From Octopus sinensis (Eukaryota), in NCBI RefSeq assembly GCF_006345805.1, contig NC_043003.1, forward strand, positions 23,436,001-23,500,000: DNA of 64,000 bases. Reading direction: 5' to 3'. Positions within the stretch are counted from its first letter, which is position 1. Each line of letters opens with the position of its first letter. A program made the translations under genes and the position numbers. Below are positions 9,886 through 23,420 of this stretch, piece after piece. Below the pieces are notes generated by a model. It had not been told where the DNA came from, ran no database searches, and was given only the letters and a program-made list of their open reading frames with translations.

Positions 9886-10576
9886 ATATACGTGTGTGTG
9901 TATCTGTGTGTGTTTGTGCATGTGCGTGTGTGCGTGTGTATCTGTATATGTGTGTCTTATATACATACAAATACATATAGAAACAAATACCTACAAATAT
10001 ACACACACACACACACAGGCACACACACACATGCAAACATATTTACATAAATACGCGTAAGCATGCGCATAATCTTGTATGTGTTTTAGTGTTTGCTCTT
10101 TCCAATCTTCTCGACGTCCTACATATCTCCTCCGGCACTGTATCTGGCCTTCGTTCAGTGACCACAAACTATGGATGACCTAGTTAAATAGCTACCCTAC
10201 CAAGCCTGTGCTCTACGTCATTTATATTCTACATACATAACATTTCATCAGATGGTAATGTTTAAAATGCGACATACTGCCCACGTCAATGTACGCTAGC
10301 AGACTATTTATAATAGAAAAGATTTGCATCCTTCCAAGCGATCAATTTACCTGTCATTCATACAAGATGTTGCTTTTTGACAGACAGTCTGAGTACATCA
10401 TTATTTCCTCGCATATGGTACATATCAATCATGTTTTTCAATAACTGAAGATGATTCACGTTTAAGCATTTCACTGACTACATAAGATATATCAGTATGG
10501 CTGTTGTATTGTGACAGTTGAAACTTAGTCGCATTTTTGATATCCTTTCCTGGTCTCTCACTCTTCGACATATTAT

Positions 10577-10595
10577 AACAATTATAATAATGCAC

Positions 10596-10664
<69 letters not shown>

Positions 10665-10687
10665 TTTAAAATAATAATAATAATAAT
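10577..10687. repeat. (AAT)n microsatellite
   Basis: Direct inspection. Confidence 0.9.
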
Positions 10688-11253
10688 ATGCCCTGATGCA
10701 GTACCAGGCAGTGGCTCTCGTGGCTTCTGATCTTAATTGATTGGAAGTGTTATCATGTACATTGTTTTGTCTTGGTATAAAAGATGGGCTACAGCAAATA
10801 TTCTGTTCAATACCACAGACTTGCTTGTCATTTCTTTGACCTTAACCAGTTGAGCATGTCCCTTAGTGGCTGACGATATGTGCATCTCTGATCACGGGTA
10901 GAAGTAGTGGGGGAGCATCATAGAGCATCATAGCCGTGTGTTGAAAGAAATTTTTTAGGGTTTGGATAATTCACCCTTGGAAACATGTGTGTTTCGTTCA
11001 TCATCCTTAAACAAACCTTATTCAAGGACCTTCTGAGCGGGGCGGATTACTCGACCAGACGAAAATTCAAACTGGGCAACACCCGCAAGGTCATGTGCTG
11101 GTTATCTTAATATGAGATCAACCTGTCGCGCACATATGGTTGTGAAGCATGTGCCTGGTGTACCCTTATCAGGCAGGTGGTCATGATGGGTATTCTGGGC
11201 TTCGTATATTTTACCCCAGTGTCACTTTGATGGCATGTACTGCGCTCTCATTC

Positions 11254-11254
<1 letters not shown>
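10688..11254 (+). mobile_element. ~570-bp (AAT)n-tailed retroposon-like repeat (unclassified)
   Basis: Homologous pieces at 11360-11556, 12095-12330 and 63837-64000; followed by an (AAT)n tail. Confidence 0.7.
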
Positions 11255-11299
<45 letters not shown>

Positions 11300-11359
11300 G
11301 TAATAATAATAACAATAATAATTTGTTCCGTTCAACAACATTTACTCGGGGAATTTTTG

Positions 11360-11556
11360 AATGAAATGGGCCATTCAACCCGAAGAAAATTCTAACTGGG
11401 TCCCACGTGGAAAGTAGTGTGCCATTTATGTTGATATGAGATCGCGCACATATGTTTTTGATGCAGGTGCCTGCTGTACCCTTATCGGACGGGTAGTAAT
11501 GATGGGTATACTGGGCTTCGTATATTTGCCCTCTGTGTCACTGTGATGGCATGTAA
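11360..11556 (+). mobile_element. 3' fragment of the same (AAT)n-tailed repeat
   Basis: Aligns to ~11040-11240 (GAAAATTC.AACTGGG...TACCCTTATC...GATGGGTAT.CTGGGCTTCGTATATT). Confidence 0.7.
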
Positions 11557-11607
11557 TCAATACTACTACTAATAATCATAATCAAAATAATAATAATAAT
11601 AATAATG

Positions 11608-11653
<46 letters not shown>

Positions 11654-11867
11654 TAACAATAACAATAACAATAATAATAATAAAAATAAGGACTTACAAA
11701 CACATATAACATACAGAAAATTGCACTACTAGGCACTTTACACATCCTACGCAGAACAATTTCCATACAATAACCATCAGAGCATCACAACAAATCACAG
11801 CACATACCCAAGGCACACAGAGCTGCGCTCGGTAGTGAAGTGAAAGCACGCTATAAAAATAAAACTA

Positions 11868-11929
<62 letters not shown>

Positions 11930-11947
11930 GAAGAAGAAGAAGAAGAA

Positions 11948-12003
<56 letters not shown>

Positions 12004-12090
12004 GAAGAAGAAGAAGAAGAAGAAGAAGAAGAAGAAGAAGAAGAAGAAGAAGAAGAAGAAGAAGAAGAAGAAGAAGAAGAAGAAGAATGA
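11557..12090. repeat. (AAT)n/(AAC)n/(AAG)n compound trinucleotide field
   Basis: Direct inspection. Confidence 0.9.
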
Positions 12091-12094
12091 TAAT

Positions 12095-12330
12095 TGTAAC
12101 ACCGGGCTGTGGCTGTCTGCTGAATACCATAAATTTGCTTCTCGGTTGCTAGACCTTAACCAGTTGAGCATCTACGTTAGAGCCTGACGATATCTGCATC
12201 TCTCATCGCGAACAGGAGTAGTTGCGATACATCACAACATATGTTGACAGAAAAGCTTTAGGGTTTGTTTATTAATAATAAATCCCCCGATGCAATACAA
12301 GCAGTGGCTCTCATGTGTGGATATTGGCCA
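12095..12330 (+). mobile_element. Degenerate fragments of the (AAT)n-tailed repeat
   Basis: GACCTTAACCAGTTGAGCAT and GATGCA.TAC.AG.CAGTGGCTCTC blocks shared with 10688-10900. Confidence 0.55.
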
Positions 12331-13159
12331 AATCTATCATGTCTTGATTTATACTCTTCTGGTGCCAAAACTTTACATCTAGAGGTGCTTCAATCTCATT
12401 ATTACAAAAATTGGCACTTTGGATTTATTCCATTTTTCATCACATTGGCTTGATAGTTCCGGGTCGATAACTTTCGATCTTGATCACCTAAGATCAAGCC
12501 TTTACCCATAAGCTTCGTAGCCGCTAATGTGTGTGCCTCTGGTGAACATCATCTTGCTTGCTACCGGGCACATATTTTCCATGCAGAGGTTTCTGCCCTC
12601 ATCAGCTGACCAGTTGTTCAGGTGCCTTTATTTACTATTAATTTCACTTTCTTTCGAACAAGAGTTGCTATATTTCACTCTGGCTGTTCAGCTTATAATT
12701 CATGAAGTCAGTAGCAAACTGTTTTCATTCAGAAAACAATGAGGCTTCTTCCACCGCTCATGATAATAAATGAGACTTAGCACCCAGTCGTTAGCTGTTT
12801 CAATATATTTGGCGAATCCAATTGTAGCGGCTTCGTAAAAAAATTCCAGCTAGATCAAGCGTCGATCTCCTCGGGTTCTGGAAAGGTAAAGACGACTCAC
12901 GTCTTCCTTTGGGTTGTAATCCTATTACAATATTTCTATCACTTCTTTATTTCCCTAATATTCGGTTCAACACGTTGCAGCTATATGTAACAACCTGAAC
13001 TGCTAACGAATTTGTGCCTAATAACTTATCATGTGCATTTAGCTCAGATTTCACAACCGAGGTGAAAATGAGACGCCTAGAAAATGCAACAATTAATGTT
13101 AATATTGTTTGAGCTTAGTACTCTATTGGAATGCCATCATCGGAAGACACGCTTTGTCA

Positions 13160-13945
13160 TATTCCTTCCAGATGCCTGTGTTCTGAGTTCAAATACAACT
13201 TTTGCTTTCATCTTTCGATGCGCGATTAAATAAGGCACCGGTCTTTTTCGGGTCTGATGATATCAACTTGAAATTCCAAGCCTTGTAACGATTATAAGTA
13301 GAACTAATTGTTGCAAACCTTGGCAGATGGCCAGCAGTCTTAGGAGGTTTTAGTCGATTATATTGAAGAAATTATTTCACTAGTACGTATTTTATCGAAC
13401 CCGGAAAAATGCAAATTTGATGAAAAGCAATGTCTACCACGGCTGATTCCCGCCATGATAAAAAACTTGTGCATTTTCATCTTTCCGCCGCCGATATTGT
13501 AAGTACCAATGAAATACTAGGGTCGATGTAATTGACTTTCTCCTTCTCTTAATATTTCAGTTCTTGTGCCAATAGTAAAAACAATTATTAGTAGTAATAG
13601 CGGCATTTCATCCTGCTCATTAAGTTCAGAGTTCAAATCTTACCGAGACCAAATCTTTGTTTCATTTTTTCGGGTTCGATAAAATATGTGCTAGTGAAGT
13701 AATTTCTTCAAAGTAATCGACTAAAACTTCCTAAGACTGCTGGCCATCTGCCAAGGTTTCTAACAGTTAGTTTTACTAATAATCATTACAAGGTCTGGAA
13801 TTTTAAGAGAATGGGGGTTAGTTGATATTATCAGGCCCGAAAGAAGACCGGTGCCTTATTCTGTCCGTGTTCAGAACGTGAACACGGACGAAAGGTCGCT
13901 AAGCATTGCCCGGGATGCTGACGATTCTGCAAGCTCGTTGCTTTA
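13160..13945. mobile_element. Cluster of degenerate family A SINE fragments in both orientations
   Basis: GTTCTGAGTTCAAA and TTTCATC.TTTCG blocks; minus-strand head at ~13870-13945. Confidence 0.55.
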
Positions 13946-13964
13946 AATATCTCTACTAATAGTG

Positions 13965-14488
13965 ATTGCAAATGTTGGCACAAGGCCAGCAATTTGGAGT
14001 GCTCAACTGGTATTTATTTCATCGACACCGAAAGGATGAAAGGCAAAGTCAACCGCGGCGGAATTTTAAATTCATAACGTGATGACGGGCGAAATACCTA
14101 TTTGTTTACTACCCACAAAGGGCTAAACACAGAGGGGACAAACAAAGACAGACAAACGGATTAAGTCGATTATATCGACCGCAGTGCGTAACTGGTACTT
14201 AATTTATCGACCCATGAAGGATGAAAGGCAAAGTGGACCTCAGTAGAATTTGAACTCAGAACGTAGCGGCAGACGAAATACCTATTTCTTTACTACCCAC
14301 AAGGAGCTAAACACAGAGAGGATAAACAGGACAGACAAATGGATTAAGTCGATTATATCTACCCAGTGCGTAACTGGTACTTATTTAATCAACCCCGAAA
14401 GGATGAAAGGCAAAGTCGACCTCGGCGGAATTTGAACTCAGAACGTAACGGCAGACGAAATACCGCTAAGCATTTCGCTCGGAATGTT
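13965..14488 (-). mobile_element. Family A SINE with three tandem ~183-bp body modules
   Basis: Module boundary GAAATACC at 14091, 14275 and 14457; head CTAAGCATTTCGC at ~14465-14488. Confidence 0.85.
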
Positions 14489-14953
14489 ACTACTATTTAT
14501 AATATTAATTTTTCTAGCATGGGCAAATGTCCAGAAATCTCTGAAATGAGCTCCGCCGATTATAACGACATTAGTTTACATTCTCAAGCCTAAAAATTTT
14601 CAGGCAAGGCAGACCAAGGTAAAATTTGAAATCAAAACACAAGGAATTGGAAGAAATACCGCAACATTTTTTCCATCCACATTTTCTAATATTTCTGACA
14701 GTAGTCACAATAATCTGTCACATTGAAAGATTTCCGCCATAATAAAAACTTGTGTATCATAAAATATTATTGTACATGAAAACTGTTCGCTAATCTCTCT
14801 CTCTCTCTTTCTCTCTCTCTCTCAGCGATTGTCTCCTTGAAATGAAATTTCTCCCTCACTTTTATTTCTTAGCAAACCCTATTGTCTTCTCTGCCTCTTA
14901 CACTAAAAACAACCGCAAGATGACAGCAGCGGTCTCACCCGTCAAATTTCAAA

Positions 14954-14988
14954 CACACACACACACGTACACACACAAACACACACAC

Positions 14989-15059
<71 letters not shown>
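14954..15059. repeat. (CA)n microsatellite
   Basis: Direct inspection. Confidence 0.9.
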
Positions 15060-15061
<2 letters not shown>

Positions 15062-15458
15062 AATATCGTTTATACAAAGAAATGAAGTATTTAATAACGA
15101 AAACGAATCTACTTGGAAACATTTCCAACCATCATTTGCTAAGCTCATTCTCGTCTCTATAATAATGATCAGTTTTGTCTTTAATGAGCTTAAAAGTACA
15201 CGGTGGTCTTTTATTCACTGTTGTTAAATAGAAGTAAGTTTGTTGATATCATTCGAAAACACCTGCGAATTTCACCATTTGGTATTTACAAATGGAAGAC
15301 ATTACATTTAAAGCAACGTTGTTGTCTTCATAATACACTTAAAGCTTTCAGGTTTTATATGATTTGTGGAAAGTAATACAGTCATATTTAGGGAGAATAA
15401 ATGAATATATATTTGTGTGTATATGTGTGGCAAATGAGTATATGTGTGGCGTGTGTGA

Positions 15459-15490
<32 letters not shown>

Positions 15491-15735
15491 TAAGTAAAAC
15501 AGTTTGGTTCGGTCCTATGCAACTCATAGTTTTGCAGGCCTCTAACAGAGGCTCGTTTCTTTCAGGCTTTAAATCACCGATTCGGTGATATATAGAGACA
15601 GGTCTCTACTACAGGCTTGTTAAACATTATATCGAATAGAAATGGATCAATCTGTTTTAAATAACACATGTAACTTCTACAAAGTGTGTCGGGAGTTCAT
15701 GTCTTTCGTTTTTCCATTCATTCGGTTATATATAT

Positions 15736-16489
15736 ACAAGCAATATTGCCCGGCTCGTGCGCTCGTGCGTTCTATGCACGCGCGAATTAAGCTAAACTTG
15801 CATGAAGTTCAATCAAAATTCAATTATTTTGGTTTTAAAATCAAGCATTTAATGACCTCTATTTTTGCGCTTATATGTTCCATTTCCTCAATAGGAAGTA
15901 CGTAGAAGCGTTTCATAAATTTTTGTTGATCAAATAATTGCATTGTTGAATTATTCTTTTAGATAAGTATTTCTCAACGGGGATTTCAGGGGAGAGTTTC
16001 AGGGAGTTGCTGGCAATGTATCGTGATGATCAAAAATCCGTCCTGCTAAAATTTGCTTAAAGTAATTCAAACTGCAGACTCAACGCAAAATGGTCACATT
16101 TAATTCAAAGCGTTAAAAATGTTATGAAAACAATTGGTATGTGTTCACAAAGTCCAAACGATTAATACGAAAAAACCCTCCAGGCTACATCCCGAAAATT
16201 CCTTTTCTACAATGTTTACGGCGATTCGTTTTTATATTTTGATTTTTTAATTTTTTCATGCAATTTACGCATGCTTGCACGCGTGGTGAACACAGTTCAC
16301 GTCAAACAGCTGACTGAGTAAAGTTCACTATTCAATGCATGGGATAAGGCCTAAACAAACACATTATTGATTTTTGCACATGCGAGATGAATTTCGGAAC
16401 AGAAATAGCGCCTAAACTTTAAATGACCCATTTTTGATGGTTCTACGATTTGGCCAGGAAACACGTTCCATAGATATAAAGATATAGAT
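15736..16489 (+). mobile_element. Possible non-autonomous Helitron-like element
   Basis: Starts ACAAGCAATATTGCCCGGCTCGTGCGC...GCACGCGC (resembles ACTAG..TTGCCCG 5' ends of invertebrate non-autonomous Helitrons) and ends ..GATATAAAGATATAGAT. Pattern recall only. Confidence 0.35.
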
Positions 16490-18693
16490 ATGCGAACGAA
16501 TTTCAGTCTGGAGTTTGATGAGCTGCAAAGAATATCGAACCATATAGGAATGAACTGGATGTCAATATTGTCATAAATTTATTCCATCAGTGGTTTTAAA
16601 TGATGTTACTATAATGTGGCTTGGAAAAGAAGTGGTCTATTATTGCAGTGGTTTTGTCTGTGTGTGTGTGTGTCTGTGTGTGGTGAAGAATGTGGCGGAT
16701 GGTAGAGACTTCATCAATATCTTATCTTTTAATGATGGCCTGTTGTGAAAGATAATTGGTTAGTGATAAATAAGCCATTGGTATTGATCATTATTTCAGT
16801 TGTGTGGGAGGAGATTACGTTTAGCAAAGCCAGTGAAAATGCGTGCAGGTCATGAGCATAAAGAGTTTGACCTTTCAGAATCTATTGTTTGATAGGTCGT
16901 GAATAATTAATTAATGTTCAGTGTGGCAGTTAGCTGTTACCAGTAGTAATGACAGGTGCGTAATGGGATTGACCTTTTAAAATCAGTTGCTGGTATTCTA
17001 GAGTAAAAAAACACAACAGCTAAATATACATTTTTGCATTACACTGACGTTGAGCAGCTGAAATTTCACGTTATCTATCATCGTATGAGAGGTTCATTTA
17101 AATATGTACATTTTCATGCGAGCACATAGAAACTCAAGATATATCGTTAAGTAAGCAAATTTACTTAGTAAGAACGTTTAATTTTATTTTTCGTTTTATT
17201 TATATTTTCGTGTTATGTGTCCCCACATGTGTTTGTATTGTCTCCTTTATGTTGGTCCCTTGTGGGCAATAAAGAAAGGAAATTAACTTAGTAGGAATTA
17301 GATTTAGACATCTGAGGATGTATGATAATGTGAACAGATGGTAGACAAAGCAAGACTTTTTCTTTTAATGAATAATCAATGATTAATAGGCCATCTTTGT
17401 TATTTAATTAATCCGGCATCATTATATATTAAATTAAAAGAACACACATTTTCAGAGCTTACCGGGGATATTCACGTTTAGCGCTGTATATTAAACCAAA
17501 GAAAATTGTATTTTATATTTATTTTATGTCTAAAAAAACATACATCAATATTTGACTTCAGTCAGTCTCTTGGAGATAATACACCAGATATATTATGAAC
17601 TACAATTCTAAGTTATATTTCATATCATCAATTGCAGCTCCTGCATCTCAAAATTACTTGTCATCTTAAACTAAAAATAAATGTCGCGTAACCGAAGACT
17701 AAAATTTCAAATTAATATTCTGACGATACATACATAAGACGAAACTCCCACTAAAAGTTTTCACGTTTAAGGAGTAGCAGCAGTTTGAACCTCTTAATGA
17801 TACACTCCATCACAATCCAGAATACATTAAATGCTGATATTTTTTCATACTCGCAAGCTAACCGCTCCATGTTGATCGTGGTATGTTTTGAAACATTATT
17901 CTGCGACTTCTCCGACGAATTGTGAAAACGTTAACTTCCATAAATGAGCCATATAGACATGTTATGATTATACGACTTCATATTACTTCCATTTGCACGT
18001 ATATTATTTTCATTCTTTCTTTTAAATAAATCTACTTCCACTCTGGGATTTGATTTATTACCTTATTAGCAATATCAAAATTACCACTACCGTATCTGTT
18101 ATCTCGTATTACTGTAACAGCAAATCAGTAGCTGATATTGCTATGCACTTAGGAATTTCGATCAGAACCACATGAAACCGATATCGAAACGACTGGGGCA
18201 TTGGATTGAAAGAATAATTACAGCGTTGGGCAAAAGGCCTTACGGTATTTATACAGATACTTTAGATTCTGGGTTTATATTTCATCGAGTCGAGTTTTGT
18301 CTTTCGGATTACAGACTCCCCTAACACTCACCTCCCAAAATCCGACCTTGGGTTATTGTACCGTTGACTTCCAACTCTGTCGTGTCCCAGTTTACGTCTC
18401 TTTCTTTAAATTAATCCATTTATTTAACAAATATTGTTTATAATTATTTTTAAATTATTAGTTGTGAAGTGGATAATGAACATTTGTGGAAACTAAAAGG
18501 TATCTGCTTCAAATCCCTTTTCCTACGGGACTTTTGTTTAAATTGCTTAAAGATAATTATGTGTTACTAGGACACCAATGAAAAATATCAGTGAATAAGA
18601 TATTTAAGAATTTTTGTAGCAATATATTATTCCGCAGTTATATAATTCAACACCATTATTAATCAGATATATATATGGTCCACAGTTTCTTCC

Positions 18694-19742
18694 CTAACAC
18701 CACCTTCCAACTTGGTTCGTTCCCCTGTTCCCGCTCACGCTGCAGCATTTGCTCCTACCTCTCAAATCCAACTACACAGGCATCCATCGTCGTTCCTATC
18801 ACATCACCAACTCCCTTACTTGCACTTTTAGCAACGTCATTTACTGCATTTCCTACTCATTCTGCCCTTCTCTATACATCTGTCACATGGGACGCCGCTT
18901 GACTGATCGGTTCGCTGTGCACCTCCGAGACATCGGCAATGACACCCCAACCACGCGCCATATCCTTTCTACCGGTCATTCACTACAACACCTGTCTGTG
19001 TTCGGATTGTCTTTGCACAGGGGCCATCCGGACTCCTGCCTTTGCCGTGAACAGGAATTATTCTTCTTTCTCCGCTCCTTTGTACTGCATGAGCTCAACA
19101 CCCCTCCTCTCTTCGTCTGACACCCTCCTCTCCTATCTTCATCTGACACCTACTTCATCTCTTCACTCCTACCCACCTTCTCTCTTCAATTATACCCTCT
19201 CCAACCACACTACACCTACATATATCCCACTCTATCACCACCTCACACCACACTCCTACACCCTACTTCACACTGCAACACCTCTACTTCCACATTGCCA
19301 CACCACACACAAGTGCACCACAGCACACCACCTCACACCACTCCTCACGCACAAGCACTGACCAAGTTCCAGCACCATACATCATCACCTGCACACCCAT
19401 ACATCATTATCCGCATCCACCCCCACCCCGCATTCTCACATACACACACACAAGGCACGTGCATCTTAGTTTTGGAATCATCATGGTTTTGGAATCTTTC
19501 TCTCTCTACTGTTAAACTTTTTTCCCCAAACAGCCGCCATGCCTCAACGATAAATCAACAGGATTTTTAAAAAATTCTCTCTCAGTTTATTTTCTCTTAT
19601 TCATTTCTGTTGAAGAGCACAGGCTTGAAACGTAAAAGACTTACTCACTTTCCCGACTTTCTCACTTTCCCAAACTAATAAACCTACTTGTTGTTCATAC
19701 AACTGTCTTCGTCTTTTGGTTGTCTGTAAATTTCAACTATAT
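18694..19742 (+). mobile_element. Penelope-like element 3' part: GIY-YIG endonuclease pseudogene, C/A-rich 3' region and terminus with hammerhead-like motif
   Basis: GSFPCSRSRCSIC / frameshift / TCTFSNVIYCISYSFCPSLYICHMGRRLTDRFAVHLRDI..H..STGHSLQHLSVFGL..REQEL..LN (18700-19120); CTGTTGAAGAGCACAGGCTTGAAACGTA at 19607-19634; abuts (TA)n. Confidence 0.9.
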
Positions 19743-19760
19743 ATATATTATATGTATATC

Positions 19761-20052
19761 GGTTGGCATCCTTTTTGTCTCGGGAGACAATGGAGTTGCG
19801 CCTAAAATAATATAGTCCGGCTTTTACATTCATGTCCTAATACATTTCCTGCTGTGGCTGCTGTGTTGTCCTGTCCTGGGCAAACACTTCCTCTGGCAGG
19901 TGCCACAAATGTAGCGAAGACTTTGCCTGGCTGGTTGTCATGTCATAGTTTCTTGTTGACGTCTTTTGTTTTGCAAAAGGGACATGAAGGCCTGCAACAT
20001 CAATATTAGCAACTGGGAAGCAGTTGCCAGCAACCGTGGAGATTGGCGACCT
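19761..20052 (+). mobile_element. Internally deleted RTE/BovB-like LINE (putative 5' end joined to ORF C-terminus)
   Basis: C-terminal KRDMKACNINISNWEAVASNRGDWR typical of RTE ORF ends; the 5' block GGCATCCTTTTTGTCTCGGGAGACAATGGAGTTGCGC also occurs inverted at 42960-43055. Confidence 0.65.
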
Positions 20053-21264
20053 ATATGTATATATATATATATAATTCTTCGAAGTTTTCCTTGCGTGTTG
20101 TTCTTCCATTTCGACACTCCTACGAGCGTTCATAACCTCGTTACCACTGTTATAACGACACCGTTATACAGTGGGGGATATCCTCATACCCATTGCTATG
20201 TCCCGCATTATGACAACGTAACTCCGTCGTCTGCGTGACTAGACCGTACGGCGTACCTCGGCGACTGATACCCCTTGCTGCATCTGTCCATTATTTATTA
20301 GTAGTGGACCAGCCCACTTTCACTTGGGGCTGTCTGCAACAACAATTTTCAATGTAATAATCTAATCTTCACCAACCGTTATACCAGTATCATTGTCCAT
20401 AAAAAAAGTTCAATTAATTATGTTTATCTCTTGTACATTTGGATTTTTCTTTCTCCATTATAATTTGTTCTATTAATATATCTCCTGTTACAATTTAAAA
20501 TTTTTAACGTTTGTGTTCATATCCACATATTTTTAAAAGTATTTAGGTATTTAGTTTGTTACATAATTATAACTATTTCAAATGAGAAATTAAAGCACCA
20601 GCTACGAACTAACGTCGATTTAATCAACTAACACCTCTCCAAAATTTCAGAATTGTAGCTGTATTGAAGATAATTGTCAGTCCTAAGCCTATCATTTCTA
20701 CTGCTAAGTGCCACAGGTCATATCAATTATACGTGATCAAGTGATAGTTAATGATCAGTAAATATTTACATTAACGTCACGTTGGAAAGAAGGATCAGAA
20801 GAACTACTAATCAGATACCAATTATATCCTTAACTCCGAGCAATCATCTACGTTTATGATCCATAATAAATTGCGAGACACTGACATTTGTAGACACTCA
20901 CCAAGATAAATACACTTTATTATATTATCCTTATTCCATTCCATTTTATGTGATTATTCTACAAATGTTCTTCTCTAAGATGCATTTACGAAAATCTAAG
21001 CACCCAGTTGCTATATTCATTCTTTAATATCAACCGACACTCAAATCCCCAACCAATGTACGTTCGGCGGAAGTCGCTACATAAGATCTGTAGATATAAA
21101 CGGCTTTTACCTAACGAAATCCTCCAGCGAGTAGAACTTATGAATATCGACTTGCTAAGGTTTCAGCTTTGGATATAAAATATTCGAATGTCCTACGAAG
21201 TATTTTGGACACTTTGTATATAATTCTATTCGACAAAGTTATAGATTTTATATGCCTGAAACTT

Positions 21265-21630
21265 CGGTGAGAGGTATACACGGTTACATCAACCCCAGTA
21301 TTCAACTAGTATTTATTTTATCGACCACGTAAGGATGAAAGGCAAAGTCGGCCTCGGTCGAATTTGAACTCAGAGCGTAAAGACGAACAAAATGGCGCTA
21401 ATCATTTTGCCCGTCAGAAGCATTGCCGCTTTGGACACAGTACATACCGACATTTATTCCACCACTTTACGTTTTGGGTTCAAGTTCCGATTCCGATTTT
21501 GCCTTTTATCTATTTTTATCTATTTCGGGGTCAATAAAAAAGTGGCATTTGAGCAATGGATCAATGTCAGCAACATCAACAGTCTCGTCGGACTTGATAA
21601 TCCTGTGCCAAAGATTAGAAACTATTCTTA
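21265..21630. mobile_element. Two degenerate family A SINE fragments (minus then plus)
   Basis: GGATGAAAGGCAAAGTCGGCCTCGG..AATTTGAACTCAGA and TTTCGGGGTCAATAAAA blocks. Confidence 0.65.
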
Positions 21631-22122
21631 ATCTGTATTTCGGTTATCTGAGCATTATGTGCAGCTTTTATACAAAGCAAACAGCATGTTTTTGTGCTGA
21701 GGATACGTAGACTATTTACTATAATTAGTGATCTATAATTAATAATGTATATATAACCGTTTAAATACTTATACAAATCTATAGGTAGTTTCACTAGTGA
21801 AAGTAGCTCATGTCTGTATATTTCATTGAAATCTCATACCTAGAAACATGATAGGACTTGAAAGATATAAAGAAATTATTTATTACACGTATATTTTTTC
21901 CCGTATGTAAGTTTGTATACGGTGTAGATATATAACACTATTTTAATTATTGGAATCCGAATTTTTAACATCATTTGCTTGGTATAGGAAATATTTTCGT
22001 TATAACAACGATATGTACATAGATACACATACACACATACACTTCACGAGAAAGATAGAAATGCACACAGAAATATTTAGGCAAATAAATACGTATATAC
22101 CTATGTCTGTATACACACACAC

Positions 22123-22163
<41 letters not shown>

Positions 22164-22459
22164 CACTATATATTTTATACATACACTAGGTAACAGAGAT
22201 ACACGTAGGCAAGTCCATATATCTCTATGATCATATATCTGTATATGCTTGTGGCTATGCGAGTGTGTGTTTCAGTGTGTCTGTCTGTTTGTAGGTGTGT
22301 GATTAAATTTTCAGTTCTGTACGTTCCTCTGTGTATTTTTCTGCGCATGTGTATCCAAATAAATCAACTTAAATTTTCATGATACTTATAAACACATAAA
22401 TATTTACGCATCTGTCCACATACATGCATACATAACTAACTACACACATAGACACGCAT

Positions 22460-22474
22460 ACACACACACACGTG

Positions 22475-22513
<39 letters not shown>

Positions 22514-22854
22514 ACATAAAATTATTCGAGAATAAACTGAAATGCCTGCTCAACAAAAATTTTATATATTTCAAATAAAATGCTAGTAGCGTCTGTGTTT
22601 TTTCTTTTAATATATTAATGAAACAACAAGTTTTATATATATTTAAAATATATTTACAAGCTGGTCTAACTTTACGAATCTATGACAAACTAATCAGGCT
22701 GGCAATCCATCACCGAGTAATTCAATTTAGCGGCTAATCAATCATTTTATCGATCGTTCTATATATTTAGCATTACTGGCTTGTATGTGCGTAATTTTAG
22801 GTATATATTTATGCGTATATATGTATACGCATGCATGAACACACACACACTCGT

Positions 22855-22913
<59 letters not shown>

Positions 22914-23007
22914 CGTGCGTTTATATATATATATGTATAAAAATATACATAAATATATATATATACGAGTGTGTGTGTGTGTGCATGCATGCGTATACAT
23001 ACATACT

Positions 23008-23059
<52 letters not shown>

Positions 23060-23104
23060 TATTCATGCATACATCATATATATGTATACATACCCACATA
23101 AGTG

Positions 23105-23136
<32 letters not shown>

Positions 23137-23152
23137 AATATGTTGAAATATG

Positions 23153-23203
<51 letters not shown>

Positions 23204-23329
23204 GATGGTAATATTAAAGTTTCCAATTACTCTTATATCATCTCACACACTCAGAAGTTGTAAAAGGAAATATCTGAGAAAATATTGGAAATTTAATACC
23301 GTTTCAGAGTTGACAGAGAGAGAAACAGC

Positions 23330-23364
<35 letters not shown>

Positions 23365-23420
23365 GAAGAGGAGAGAGAGTAAGAGAGGGGAAAGATAGAA
23401 TGGGCAGAGTGAGAGAGATC
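22460..23420. repeat. Compound (CA)n/(TA)n/(TG)n/(ATGT)n/(GA)n microsatellites
   Basis: Direct inspection. Confidence 0.85.

Noticed and set aside
13255-13278. CTGATGA..GAAA hammerhead-like spacing
   Set aside because: No stem I, II or III pairing; lies in SINE-derived sequence.
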